From: Nitrosopumilaceae archaeon
GTDB taxonomy: Archaea; Thermoproteota; Nitrososphaeria; Nitrososphaerales; Nitrosopumilaceae
Assembly (NCBI GenBank): GCA_965203465.1
Contig: CBDBCR010000003.1
Span: 928,263 to 992,262, forward strand
Length of the DNA stretch: 64,000 bases
Direction of reading: 5' to 3'
In this document: positions 19,968-29,921 of the stretch, in pieces
Layout of the letters: the number at the start of each line of letters is the position of its first letter
How positions within the stretch are numbered: position 1 is the first letter of the stretch
The notes under the pieces: generated by a model
What the model was told of the DNA's origin: nothing
The model's database searches: none
The model's input: only the letters and a program-made list of their open reading frames with translations
Position numbers and translations under genes: made by a program

Positions 19968-22900
19968 TCATCCCGGTTGCGGTATGAACGAGTCCTCGTC
20001 CGAGTAGAGCTTTTGCTTGCCGAACCACTCGAACACCTTGTACGTCACCTGCTTGCCGTACCACTCGGGATTTACGGAGTCTGTCGTTTCCGTGCCGGCG
20101 CCGGGCTGGTTTTCTATCTCGGCGAACGGGCCGCCGTCGACGGAGCGCTCGACGCGGTACCTGCCGTCTCCCTCCCCGTTGTAGTCGTCCCACCGGATCT
20201 GTACGGAGCCGCCGTCCTGCCGCGCCGACAGGTAAAGCCCGGGATCGAACGGCTGCGTGCCGGCCTCGGCCGTGCGGACGTTCACCGACGCCTGCGTGTA
20301 GTCGTTGCCCCGCTCGCCTACCGAGACGGCGTACTCGGTGCCCGGGCTCAGGTTCACGAAGCGGTAGCTGTCCGCGCCCCCGGACACGGCGTCTGCGAAC
20401 TTGGCGGACGGATCCGAGGCCGGGCGTATGACGACCTTGTACTCGCGCCCCCAGTCGTCGTGATCCCACGATACCAGCACGCTGTCCTCGTGGGCGCGCT
20501 TTTCGACGATCACTACCTTGGAATCGGCGTGGGCCTGCATGGCGAGCAGCTCGCCGACGGTGAGCAGGTTGGGCGGCTCCGGCGCGGCTTGGCCGGGCTG
20601 GCCGGACGCGGCCGACGCGCCGGACGGGCCGGGCGGCGCGGCCGGGACCAGCTCGACCGAGACGTTGTCCACGTACAGCTGCTTTTTCCACGTGTAAGAC
20701 CAAAAGTCCCCGGTGTACGCGTACAGCTCGCACGGGCACAGGGCCGGGCCGACTTGCGGGACCACCGCGGTCACGCTCCTCCAGCCCGTGTCGTTGAGGA
20801 TCCCCGGCTCCTTGCCGGTCAGCGGCTTGCCCAGATCCAGCAGGCGCCCCTGCGAGTCCGAGATCGTAAAGTGCATGTTGTTGACGTGGTTGATGTGCGT
20901 GTACTGCTTCAGGTCGGCTAGCCCCCGGTAGTCGAACGAGGCCACCAGCGTCGAGGTGGCAGAGCCGGGCGCCACCGAGAACGCCGAGGCGATCCCAGAG
21001 TGGCCGGACCAGCAATCTTCGGAATATTTGAGGTGCGCCGAGCCCCCCGCCTCCTGCGAATGCGACAGCGAGTACACGGACGTGGCCGAGCTGGTGCTCG
21101 AGGCCATGGCGCCGCAGACGCGCCCGTTCTCGTTCCAGGTCGTCTCTTTGAGCAGCGCGTTGCCGAGCCCGCCGTCGAACCCGTTTTCGTGCACCGACGC
21201 GCGCGTGGCGCCGGACGCCTCCACCAGCACGTAAAAGTGGCGCAGCCTGACGTTGCCCGAGGCGTCCGAGACGGAGCAGTCGACCTTTGTGGTGCCCTCT
21301 TGGAAGGCCGAGCCGGACGGCGGGTTGCACGTGACCGCCGGCGACGGGTCGTAGTCGTCCCAGACCGTCATGGTGCTGTACGAGACGGTGGCAGTCGACG
21401 AGAACGGCCTGACCGCTATGTCGGGGGGCGCCGGAAACGCGGGCGCGAGCGTGTCGTGCTGGGGCGCCACGAGCGTCACGGGCCTGGACACCGTGGCGCC
21501 GTTGCCGCTCGTGTCGGTGGCGCTGTAGTGTATGACCGTGGTGCCGATGGGGGCCAGCTCCGGCCTCACGCTGCTCTCGCGTATGCCGGACAGGTCGCTT
21601 GGATGCATGCGCGCAAACGAGTCCGTGCGCGTCATGGACGTGTTGGCCTCTACCCTGCTGGGAGTCGACACCATGATGGTGGGCGGCGTGGTGTCGCGCA
21701 CGGTGACTGCCTGCTTTGCCGAGGCGCTGTTGCCCGAACTGTCCGTGGCGGTCCACGTTATCGTGGTGGTGCCCAGCGGGAACGAAGATGGGGCGTTGCT
21801 GGTCACGGTCACCGAAGAATCCACCGCGTCGGTGGCAGTCGCCGTGCCTATCCGGACCGACATTGGCACCCCGGTCAGCTCTGCCGTGATGTCGGGCGGG
21901 GCCGTGACGGCGGGTGCCGTGGTGTCCCGCACGGTGACTGCCTGCTTTGCCGAGGCGCTGTTGCCCGAATCGTCGGTGGCGGTCCACGTTATCGTGGTAG
22001 TGCCCAGCGGGAACGAAGAGGGGGCGTTGCTGGTCACGGTCACCGAAGAATCGACGGTATCGGAGGCAGTCGCCGCGCCCGTCTGGACCGATGTTGCAGA
22101 ACCGGCGGCCTCGGCGGTCACGTCCGGCGGGGCCGTTATGGCGGGCGCCGTGGTGTCGCGCACCGTCACGGTCTGGGTAGCAGTGGCGGTGTTGCCCGCC
22201 GCGTCCCTGGCGGTCCAAGTCACCGTGGTGGCGCCGAGCGGGAACGTGGCCGGCGCGTTGCTCGTCGCGGCCACCGTGCCGTCGCGGGCGTCCGTGGCCA
22301 CGGCCGTCCCGACGGATACGGCGGTGCGGGTGCCGGTCGCCTCTGCGGTCACGTCCGGCGGCGGCGTGATGCGCGGCGGCGTGCTGTCCGGCGGCACGGT
22401 CACCGTCACGGCAAAGGACGTGCTGGCCGACAAAGAGCCGGCCGTGGCCGTCACCGCCATGGTGTACTTGCCGGCGGCCGACGAGGCCGCGGGGCTGACT
22501 GCCACCGTGCCCCTGCCGCTCCCCCTGTCCGAGAGGGAGACGAAGCTTGGGTTGCCCGATATGGAGAGCCGTATGATGTCCCCGTCCGGATCCGACGCTG
22601 TAACCTGTCTGGTGGCCGAGGCGCCCTGCGCCAGCGTGACGTCCTGTATGGCCGATATGGACGGCGCGCGGTCGGGCCTGGGTATGGGGGGCGCGGTGGC
22701 CGACGTGCCGTTGTGCAGCATGGCGCCCCCTCCCAGGTCGACTGTCCGTCCCGTGTACGTGACCTTTACGGCCGTGTCGTAGGATACGCCGGAAATCGCG
22801 AGGCTGCGCGCGGCCGAGTTGGGAGAGTTTGTCACGGAGGATATGTTGCCGGCGCTGACGGTAAAGTCCGAGGCGGCAAATACGTGCGATGTCGACTTTG

Positions 22901-25160
22901 AAAAGACCAACGATACGGAGCTGCGCGCGTCGTTGAGTCGGGCCGTGAACGTGACATCGGGCAACGCCTGCGAGGGGCGGTACACGCTGAAATTGTCCAC
23001 CTCGACTGTCTCGCCGCTGCCGTTGGACTTTGCGTGAAGGCGGATCTGGGCGGAGCCCTCCGGCACGGATAGCCCGATGACCTCGCGCTCCCACCTCGAC
23101 GTGTCGTCGCCCTTGGCGCCCGTGTACGAGGCCAGCTCGGTCCAGGTGGAGCCGTCCGTGGAATACTCCACGAACAGCCCCTCCCGGGTGTCTATCTTAC
23201 GGTCGACGTACCTGTCGAACTCGATTGTCAGCGGCTCGACCGTGTTTAGCTTTGAGCGGAACGTCGCGACGCAAGAGTCGTCGCACGCCTCGGACAGGAG
23301 GACCCGGTTGGTGCGGATGGGCAAGCCCGGAACGTCCATTTCGGACGGCTCGCCTATCCTCCAGTTGGCATCGCCGGACAGCGTCCAGGACCGCGTCAGC
23401 CTCGACGTGAACGAATCGCTCGCGGAAGTGAGGGCGCCCGAGGCCGGAGACGGATCTGTCACGTCACGCGCCGCTGCCACGAACGTGGCCCCCGAGGTGG
23501 GCGCCTTTGCTACCGGGTTGCCGAACCGGTCGCGCGCGTTGGAGAACAGCAGGCTCGTGGTGCCCGACTCTCCGTCGAGCACGTGCGAGTACGTGTAGAC
23601 TGTGTCGGAGACCTTTGTCATGGTGGCGGTCGTGCTCTGCGTGCCGTCCGTGACGGTCAGGTTGGGCGGGAACGCGCCGTGGATGGGCTCGCTGAACACG
23701 GCGCGTATCTCCATGCTGCCGCTCGCAGGTATCGTGGACGGGAGCGTGATGGCGCCGGTGGGTGCCACAGAGTCGTACGACTGCGCCGCCCCCCTCAGCG
23801 AGGCGACGTGCGGGCCGGTCGCAAAGAGCGCCTTTGCGTTCCATGCCTCGACGGTTCCGGCCGGGGTCAGCCTGCCGAAAAAGTTCCGGTGCGGATCCGA
23901 CCATATTTCCTTCTGGGTGCAGGCGTACCGGCTCGGGTAATCATTCGAGCCGCAGTAGGCGCCTCCCGGGATCATGACGGTGCCGAAAGTCGTCCGCTGA
24001 TTGCTAGTGCTGTACGCTTGCGCATAACTGAATTCTGAGTTTCGGACGCCCGCGAAGCCCGCTCCCTGTAGCACCCCGATCGCCGCGGTGGCGTGGTGGT
24101 TTATGACGCAGGCGTGGTGCACCACGGCGAACGCGGTCGCCGTCCTCTTTGCCAGCGTCTCCTGCGCCTTGCCGCAGTCGCGGACATCGGTGGAGCCTGG
24201 AGAATTGTGTACCAGCAAGATCACCAGATCCGCGTCGTTTCTTTCCGCCAGTATATGGATCCGGCGCGTGGCTGTATCACTCGGTGTCACAAGCTTTTTC
24301 AGATCATCGGCCACATCAGAACCCTCTCTATATCCGGTTATCCCGTCGTGCACCGTGTCTATCCGTATGGGCAGGTCGTTGGTTCGGTACACCCTGTTGG
24401 CCTTTGTCTCGATCATGCGAACCAGCGACGAAGACGACGGCTCCGCGTTGCTGTCAGCTGCGCGCGTCGTGGCAACCATCACCTTGATCGTCACCGTACC
24501 GGCGATGGCTGGCGTGCTGTAGTCTCCGTCGTACTCTACCCAGCCCAGATACGCCGACTCTAGCTCCGATATCCGGGCGCGGTCTATCCTAGACGACGCG
24601 CCGGCGACGGCCGACGCGCTTGCGTCTCCCGTCGCGTCGGGGCCCAGCAGCGGCGGGAACAAGGCTGGATCCAGCTCCAGCACCTCGTGCAGATCTCCGG
24701 GGACGGCCACAACGGCGTACGTGCCGGCCGCGGTCTCTATCGTCCCCAGCACCGACGTGCCGTCCACGATCAGCACGGCGACCGAGCCGGCATCGTCGAC
24801 GCCCTCCCACGCCAGTATGCCATTCTTGGTAGTGGCCGTATCGCTCGACAGGGTCAGGTCTTGGCCCAGCGCCGCAAACCTGACGCTCTCGGTAGAGGCC
24901 GAAGGGGCCGTCACCCGCACAAACTCGGATCGTACCGCGTAATCGTGGTACAGGCTGTGTTTTTGTCCTTCCGGCGCCTGCGCCGCCGCTATCAGATCCA
25001 AGGGGGACTCTTGCGCCCATGCGCCAGGGGTACCCACGATGGCGGGCACGATGATTGCTGACGCCAGCGCGCAAACCAAGATCGCTGGAAGGGGCCGTCT
25101 GCGGCGCGTCATGCGTGTTTCGGCAGGCTCCATCAGCGTATCATCTCGTCGGTCAGCCAT
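19968..25160 (-). CDS. Large secreted protein: reprolysin/M12B-like domain lacking HEXXH, jelly-roll, HYR/Ig-like repeats, FN3-like C-terminus
   Basis: Signal peptide; ADLVILLV..CG.A..AFAVV..C, FGTVM, WSDP; repeated DTTAP.ITAPPD...FPLGTTTITWTATD..GN units; true start may be 25112. Confidence 0.85.
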   Translation of the reverse strand: MADRRDDTLMEPAETRMTRRRRPLPAILVCALASAIIVPAIVGTPGAWAQESPLDLIAAAQAPEGQKHSLYHDYAVRSEFVRVTAPSASTESVRFAALGQDLTLSSDTATTKNGILAWEGVDDAGSVAVLIVDGTSVLGTIETAAGTYAVVAVPGDLHEVLELDPALFPPLLGPDATGDASASAVAGASSRIDRARISELESAYLGWVEYDGDYSTPAIAGTVTIKVMVATTRAADSNAEPSSSSLVRMIETKANRVYRTNDLPIRIDTVHDGITGYREGSDVADDLKKLVTPSDTATRRIHILAERNDADLVILLVHNSPGSTDVRDCGKAQETLAKRTATAFAVVHHACVINHHATAAIGVLQGAGFAGVRNSEFSYAQAYSTSNQRTTFGTVMIPGGAYCGSNDYPSRYACTQKEIWSDPHRNFFGRLTPAGTVEAWNAKALFATGPHVASLRGAAQSYDSVAPTGAITLPSTIPASGSMEIRAVFSEPIHGAFPPNLTVTDGTQSTTATMTKVSDTVYTYSHVLDGESGTTSLLFSNARDRFGNPVAKAPTSGATFVAAARDVTDPSPASGALTSASDSFTSRLTRSWTLSGDANWRIGEPSEMDVPGLPIRTNRVLLSEACDDSCVATFRSKLNTVEPLTIEFDRYVDRKIDTREGLFVEYSTDGSTWTELASYTGAKGDDTSRWEREVIGLSVPEGSAQIRLHAKSNGSGETVEVDNFSVYRPSQALPDVTFTARLNDARSSVSLVFSKSTSHVFAASDFTVSAGNISSVTNSPNSAARSLAISGVSYDTAVKVTYTGRTVDLGGGAMLHNGTSATAPPIPRPDRAPSISAIQDVTLAQGASATRQVTASDPDGDIIRLSISGNPSFVSLSDRGSGRGTVAVSPAASSAAGKYTMAVTATAGSLSASTSFAVTVTVPPDSTPPRITPPPDVTAEATGTRTAVSVGTAVATDARDGTVAATSNAPATFPLGATTVTWTARDAAGNTATATQTVTVRDTTAPAITAPPDVTAEAAGSATSVQTGAATASDTVDSSVTVTSNAPSSFPLGTTTITWTATDDSGNSASAKQAVTVRDTTAPAVTAPPDITAELTGVPMSVRIGTATATDAVDSSVTVTSNAPSSFPLGTTTITWTATDSSGNSASAKQAVTVRDTTPPTIMVSTPSRVEANTSMTRTDSFARMHPSDLSGIRESSVRPELAPIGTTVIHYSATDTSGNGATVSRPVTLVAPQHDTLAPAFPAPPDIAVRPFSSTATVSYSTMTVWDDYDPSPAVTCNPPSGSAFQEGTTKVDCSVSDASGNVRLRHFYVLVEASGATRASVHENGFDGGLGNALLKETTWNENGRVCGAMASSTSSATSVYSLSHSQEAGGSAHLKYSEDCWSGHSGIASAFSVAPGSATSTLVASFDYRGLADLKQYTHINHVNNMHFTISDSQGRLLDLGKPLTGKEPGILNDTGWRSVTAVVPQVGPALCPCELYAYTGDFWSYTWKKQLYVDNVSVELVPAAPPGPSGASAASGQPGQAAPEPPNLLTVGELLAMQAHADSKVVIVEKRAHEDSVLVSWDHDDWGREYKVVIRPASDPSAKFADAVSGGADSYRFVNLSPGTEYAVSVGERGNDYTQASVNVRTAEAGTQPFDPGLYLSARQDGGSVQIRWDDYNGEGDGRYRVERSVDGGPFAEIENQPGAGTETTDSVNPEWYGKQVTYKVFEWFGKQKLYSDEDSFIPQPG
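21680..22390 (-). repeat. About three tandem ~234-bp HYR-domain coding repeats
   Basis: CGCACGGTGACTGCCTGCTTTGCCGAGGCGCTGTTGCCCGAA recurs at ~21697 and ~21928, with a diverged third unit. Confidence 0.8.
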
Positions 25161-27253
25161 ATCGTCTCATAGATATACCCTTTGGGCCACTTGGAGGCGA
25201 ACGTGACTTTGCCGTCCTCCAGAAACCACACGTTCTCGTCCTCAAAGAAGCTGTTTCTCCACCTAATGTCCGAATCCCATTCCTCGTTCTCCCGGAACCA
25301 GGCGGTCTGGCCGTCGAGCGCGTCGACGAACACGTCCACGTTGACTTCGTGCGCGCGGTTGAATATGTGTTGGTGGTACGGCACGTAGGGCGCCTTGTCC
25401 ATGCCGGCAGAGTCTATCCAGCCCGCGGGAGTGATGCGGATTTCCGTGTTGTCCTCCCAAATTTGCCTGCACAGCGACGGATCGTCCACCCAGTCATCCA
25501 GTTGCCCGTCTGTCATATCCCACCGCGCGTCGACTACTGCGTGACTTTCTTCCATAGTGATCAGATCTTCGCGTGAAGCTATTTTGCCTGCGTGGCACAG
25601 GTCGTGGCGCACCTCGCAAGCCCCCATGTCCACGACCCAGAACGGCGCGCCGGCCACCTGATCCAGATAGACGTGCCGGGGCCGGTCCTCGGCCGACCTG
25701 TCCTGAACGGACAGGCCGCACTCGGGGCCGGACAGCACCTGGTCGGCCGCTGCAAACTCCAGCGCCCGCTCTATGGCCTCCGTCCGCGATACGGCCGGTT
25801 TGGGTATCGGATAGTCCGACCACCCCTCGAAATCGCCCGTCAGCCCGTCGGGTACGGGGCCAACCGATATCCACCCCGTCCCGTCGTTGTACGCTATCAA
25901 CGGAATATGGTCGGTCTCGAAGCGATCGAAGATGGCGTCTTTGTACAGGCCGTAGTTGTCGCGTACGTGCCGCACGCTGTCCGTCATTCTTTCCGGATTC
26001 AGTTCCGGGTCGCCCCGCGCATCCTGTATAAACGAGGTCACTTGCTGGACCGTCGGCCCGGTCGTCTCGTAGCGTTCCTTGAGGTCGGTGGTCTGATCCA
26101 GCACGGTCCCGTGGATCATCCCCGAGCCCCAGACTTTCCCCACGTATGGAGCCCAGTTGTCAAAGCCCATCGTATCCATGAACTCGGCGGCAAATTCCAG
26201 GCTGGTGGGCGAGCCCGGCACCGAACTGTACCTCTGGTGATGGATCTTGCCGCCGTCCAGCCCGTTGTGAGCCGTGAACCAGCCGTCGCGCACATGCCAC
26301 TTGTACTCGTATTGGTCGGCGTGAAAGTCGAAATCGTCGCCCGCAACCGGCAGCCCGGAACCCCGCCACCGCGCGTTTTCAAAACCGGCGCCCAGCGCCG
26401 CCGGAAGCCAGTCGTATTCGTCGCCGGACAGGACGTACGGATCAGAGCCGATGATAAGGTGCGTGTGTATTTCCGGCCCCAGCGCGCCGGCGAGCCTCGG
26501 CAGCAGCTCGTCGAGTTCGGCCTTTGTGGCCGTGGACCAGTAGCCGGTGCGGTCCGGATCCACCATTATCGTGGTGCGGATCGGCTCGCCTTTGAAATAC
26601 GCAAGAAACACCAGCGGCTCGCGCTCTTTGGGCGGGGGCACGTCCGAGACCACGAAGCACTTGCCGTGCTTGGAGCACTGCGCCCCGTGCAGGCCCGCGT
26701 AGGTTTCCGACGAGGGCGAGACGGCGTAGCACTGTTCCCAGACGCACTCGAGCCGCTCGCCCGTTTCCGGATGCTGGATGGCTGGCTTGAAGTCGGGCGC
26801 AGGCACCAAGGCGTGCGCCTTGACTTGGGCAGAACCCTTCTCGGGCTTACCAGTCAGGTCTGCGAGCGCGCCGTCGTATACAGCAGGGGCGTCCGCGTGG
26901 CCGTATCTTTCGGAACGCTGGATTATCTCCAGGTCCAGCCGGTCGGCGGTAGCAGGCCTCAGGCACGCGGCGCCGGAGGCGCGCATGACCAGCACCAGGC
27001 CCTCGTTGCAGAGCACCTCGTCCGGCGCCGCGCCCGCCTCTTCCTGCGCCAGAGGCGAGGCCAGCTGGGCACCGGACTGCGAGAGTGCCAGCAGCGCGGA
27101 TAACGCCGCGCACGAGGCCAACGCCTTCAACGAGTCGGCCGGGGCGCGCCGCGATATAATGTATTCCGAGGTTTTGTACGGCCTGCCTGCGCGCCCGGCA
27201 TTGTGCCCAGAGCCCGCGCCGGCGGGCGCGGCGCCGCCTAGATCGGAAGCCAC
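25133..27253 (-). CDS. Hypothetical secreted protein; start probably downstream of 27253
   Basis: Hydrophobic segment followed by VLCNEGLVLVMRASGAACL, a Cys-pair motif I recognise from thaumarchaeal exported proteins; abuts the next gene. Confidence 0.7.
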   Translation of the reverse strand: MASDLGGAAPAGAGSGHNAGRAGRPYKTSEYIISRRAPADSLKALASCAALSALLALSQSGAQLASPLAQEEAGAAPDEVLCNEGLVLVMRASGAACLRPATADRLDLEIIQRSERYGHADAPAVYDGALADLTGKPEKGSAQVKAHALVPAPDFKPAIQHPETGERLECVWEQCYAVSPSSETYAGLHGAQCSKHGKCFVVSDVPPPKEREPLVFLAYFKGEPIRTTIMVDPDRTGYWSTATKAELDELLPRLAGALGPEIHTHLIIGSDPYVLSGDEYDWLPAALGAGFENARWRGSGLPVAGDDFDFHADQYEYKWHVRDGWFTAHNGLDGGKIHHQRYSSVPGSPTSLEFAAEFMDTMGFDNWAPYVGKVWGSGMIHGTVLDQTTDLKERYETTGPTVQQVTSFIQDARGDPELNPERMTDSVRHVRDNYGLYKDAIFDRFETDHIPLIAYNDGTGWISVGPVPDGLTGDFEGWSDYPIPKPAVSRTEAIERALEFAAADQVLSGPECGLSVQDRSAEDRPRHVYLDQVAGAPFWVVDMGACEVRHDLCHAGKIASREDLITMEESHAVVDARWDMTDGQLDDWVDDPSLCRQIWEDNTEIRITPAGWIDSAGMDKAPYVPYHQHIFNRAHEVNVDVFVDALDGQTAWFRENEEWDSDIRWRNSFFEDENVWFLEDGKVTFASKWPKGYIYETIWLTDEMIR

Positions 27254-27274
27254 GGTAGACGGTCTGGTAGTCGC
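27212..27274. repeat. 63-bp direct repeat, copy 1 (copy 2 at 36891-36953)
   Basis: 56/63 identical; core GATCGGAAGCC.CGGT.GACGGTCTGGTAGTCGC. Confidence 0.85.
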
Positions 27275-27348
27275 ACCGGGGTTAGGATTCGGTGTGCATC
27301 CTGCAACGAGAGTTCATCCAGTCTTGCTTCTGAGATGGGGTTATTGGA

Positions 27349-28350
27349 CTAACTGCCAGACGGATCGCTCCTATTGGAGACATACGGCCCAAGGAATCTC
27401 TCGCCGTCAAAATGAATCATGTGGTCTGGCTCGTCTGCTATCCACACGTCCGTCTCCCAAGATATGTGCTTGAAGTATTTCAGCATGGCCTCTTTGTTAA
27501 GAAACGCGGTAACGTACACTATGCCTACAGTCGAATGGGCAAACAGCTTTTGCAGTTCTTGCCGCCGGGTCGGATCTATCGGCCCGTGGCTTGTCACTGC
27601 CTCTACCACGATCAGCCAGTCGTTTTTTGTGTCGTGTATGATTACATCTGGAATCTTGCCGTGCGGCTTGATCGTGATGCCGAGCTTCTGGAGACCGCTT
27701 CTGTCGTGGTATCCGGATTTTCTGGCAGTATCCCCCACCAGAAGAGCGGTTCCGCCCGGAACAAACCTGCTTCCAAAATCACAGCAGATCTTCCTAACCA
27801 GCACGTTTTGTCCGCCGGGCGACAGCTTTAGCGTCGTACCGTCGGGCATCCGTAGCGGGATCTTGTTCATCGTGCGCCTCATGGAATACTCCTCTTGCAG
27901 CGACTTGTGGGATTTTTTGTATTCTGCAAGATTGTGACTCCATCTGCGCGTCCCAAAGCTCCGGATTAGGCGTAGCACGTCGCCCTCGATTTGGTATACG
28001 GTCTTGCCGCTGTTGGTTGGCCTGTCGGGCTTGTCGGGGTTTTCAAGCACAATTGAAGCCTGTAGGAATTGATGCACCGTCTGCTTTCTTACGGTCTCGC
28101 GGCTGTTTGGCGCATACTTTCTGCCGTATCTTTTACGAAAGAATTCAAGCATCGGGGTTATCCCCACGAGCGGGTTGCCCGCCATCGTCCACGATTCGTT
28201 TGCCCCCAGTCCCAACAACGCCAGCAACGTGAGTGCGGATCTGTCGTTTTGCTGTCGCCGCCCGAATCCTATCTGGCGCAGGATCTCAACAGCTTCCCGG
28301 ATTCTCATGCGTATGTCCGCATCCGACGGTTCGCCTGCGCCTTTGCTCAA
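27349..28350 (-). CDS. BsuBI/PstI-family type II restriction endonuclease
   Basis: QQNDRSALTLLAL, YAPNSRETVR, LSPGGQN, HGKIPD..EAVTSHGP, ISWETDVW...PDHMIHFDG. Confidence 0.95.
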   Translation of the reverse strand: MSKGAGEPSDADIRMRIREAVEILRQIGFGRRQQNDRSALTLLALLGLGANESWTMAGNPLVGITPMLEFFRKRYGRKYAPNSRETVRKQTVHQFLQASIVLENPDKPDRPTNSGKTVYQIEGDVLRLIRSFGTRRWSHNLAEYKKSHKSLQEEYSMRRTMNKIPLRMPDGTTLKLSPGGQNVLVRKICCDFGSRFVPGGTALLVGDTARKSGYHDRSGLQKLGITIKPHGKIPDVIIHDTKNDWLIVVEAVTSHGPIDPTRRQELQKLFAHSTVGIVYVTAFLNKEAMLKYFKHISWETDVWIADEPDHMIHFDGERFLGPYVSNRSDPSGS

Positions 28351-29921
28351 AACAACACCCTCTCCACTACCGAGTCAACCTCTGGTTGCGAGGTAAACGT
28401 GCCGTTGCGACGGCAGTGCCTGCCGATCTCTACAATCTGGGCGCGTTTTGGGTACCGGAGGTACCTCAGATCCGTGGCGTTTACTTGTGTGTTGCCGTTG
28501 AACTGCCTGAAATACGCGTCCACCAGTGTTGAGTTCAGAAATGCGGCCAAGCCCAACGCCGTAAGAGGTTTTAGTGGGCCTCCTCCTACGTGGAAATAGT
28601 TCACCCTGTTCTCAAAACCCACAAGCTTTGAATCCCACGTATCGCAGGTCCAGACTGCCGCGACTACACGCCTTGCCTCCTCCACTGTGGTAAAGCGCTT
28701 TACAACCACATAGCTGCCGTTATCCACCATCATCTTGGAAGTTTCAGAATCTGCCACTATGAAATTGTGGTGCTTTTTGTGGGCGGCAGGAAACGCCACG
28801 CCGCCTATGCGTCCTCCGCTTATGTTGAGCGGCCTGACAAGCGGAACGACGGCACGGCGATCGTCCTTGGGATCAAATCGCAACTGTTTCCTTGTCCGAA
28901 AGTCTATTATTTTGCCGGTGGATACGCCCAGCCCCAGATCCTCCAACACGCATTTCATTGCCTTCATCCTGTCTGCGGTTCCGGCGTCAGCCGGACTTAT
29001 GTGTATGAACTGTTGCGGGTCGTCCTCTCTGACTACCTCTGACGCATAAACGCGCCTTGTAGTCACTTTGGTCTCTGGACCACTGCTGGACGAGATTGTG
29101 ATCAGGCCGCCGCGTTTCCTGTCAGAGCTGCCGTTTTTTCCACCGCCCGTCCCAACGGCAGAAACGATCACGTTTTCCTGTAGTACGGAATCATCTCGAA
29201 AGGGGGAGGTGCGCAGGCCAAACAGGTGTATCTTTCTCAGGCGGACAGATTCTAGCAGACTTCTTCTGAATCCGCAGAAGTACGCCCCGTTGCAGAAGCT
29301 CCTCGGCGATATGAATGCAAGCTGCCCGCCGATGCGCAGCATCCTGCACGCTACGGCGATAAACGCGGCGTACTTGTTTGGTACCGGCGTCATCCCCATA
29401 TCCTGCACGGCGCGGTACATGTCAGACTTTACGCCAATCTTTCCGTATGGCGGATTCATGATTATGTGTGTGAATCTGCCTAGCCTGCTCGTCTCCGTCA
29501 TGTCTCCGCACCCAGACACAAAGTCCCGGTTTTCCAACCTGTACGCAAAGTCGATCCCCGCCTCACGGCACTGATCACTGGCCATCTCGAGGGACTCCCG
29601 GAGCCTTCCTAGAAGCGTCCCGTCTATCTCGTAGGCCGTCACCGACACTCTGTCGGGTTTTTTGCCTGCATTTCCGGCGCAAATCTTCTCGATGCAGGCG
29701 GCGAAGAGAGTTCCGACGCCAGCTCCTGGATCTAGCAGTTCTATCTCCCTTTGCCGTCCGTACGTCATCATGGATGCCATGAGCCGGGCAAGCGGCGCGC
29801 TTGTAAAATATTGATCTAGCCGCTCTTTCTTTTGCAGACCCACATCCAGCATTGTGCGTCTTACAGAATCAGCGTAATCAAGCGCGCCGCCGGCCAGATT
29901 TTGTCGCATAGCCAGAGTCAT
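28347..29921 (-). CDS. BsuBI/PstI-type (Eco57I domain) N6-adenine methyltransferase
   Basis: QYFT, LLDPGAGVG, IMNPPY, PRSFCNG, FNGNTQVNATDL; 4-bp overlaps with both neighbours. Confidence 0.95.
   Translation of the reverse strand: MTLAMRQNLAGGALDYADSVRRTMLDVGLQKKERLDQYFTSAPLARLMASMMTYGRQREIELLDPGAGVGTLFAACIEKICAGNAGKKPDRVSVTAYEIDGTLLGRLRESLEMASDQCREAGIDFAYRLENRDFVSGCGDMTETSRLGRFTHIIMNPPYGKIGVKSDMYRAVQDMGMTPVPNKYAAFIAVACRMLRIGGQLAFISPRSFCNGAYFCGFRRSLLESVRLRKIHLFGLRTSPFRDDSVLQENVIVSAVGTGGGKNGSSDRKRGGLITISSSSGPETKVTTRRVYASEVVREDDPQQFIHISPADAGTADRMKAMKCVLEDLGLGVSTGKIIDFRTRKQLRFDPKDDRRAVVPLVRPLNISGGRIGGVAFPAAHKKHHNFIVADSETSKMMVDNGSYVVVKRFTTVEEARRVVAAVWTCDTWDSKLVGFENRVNYFHVGGGPLKPLTALGLAAFLNSTLVDAYFRQFNGNTQVNATDLRYLRYPKRAQIVEIGRHCRRNGTFTSQPEVDSVVERVLF

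Noticed and set aside
19951-23094. 1047-aa Arg/Gly-rich ORF and similar long overlapping ORFs (21000-22901, 25592-27103, 53684-55567, 61619-63772)
   Set aside because: Shadow frames of GC-rich genes with no motifs
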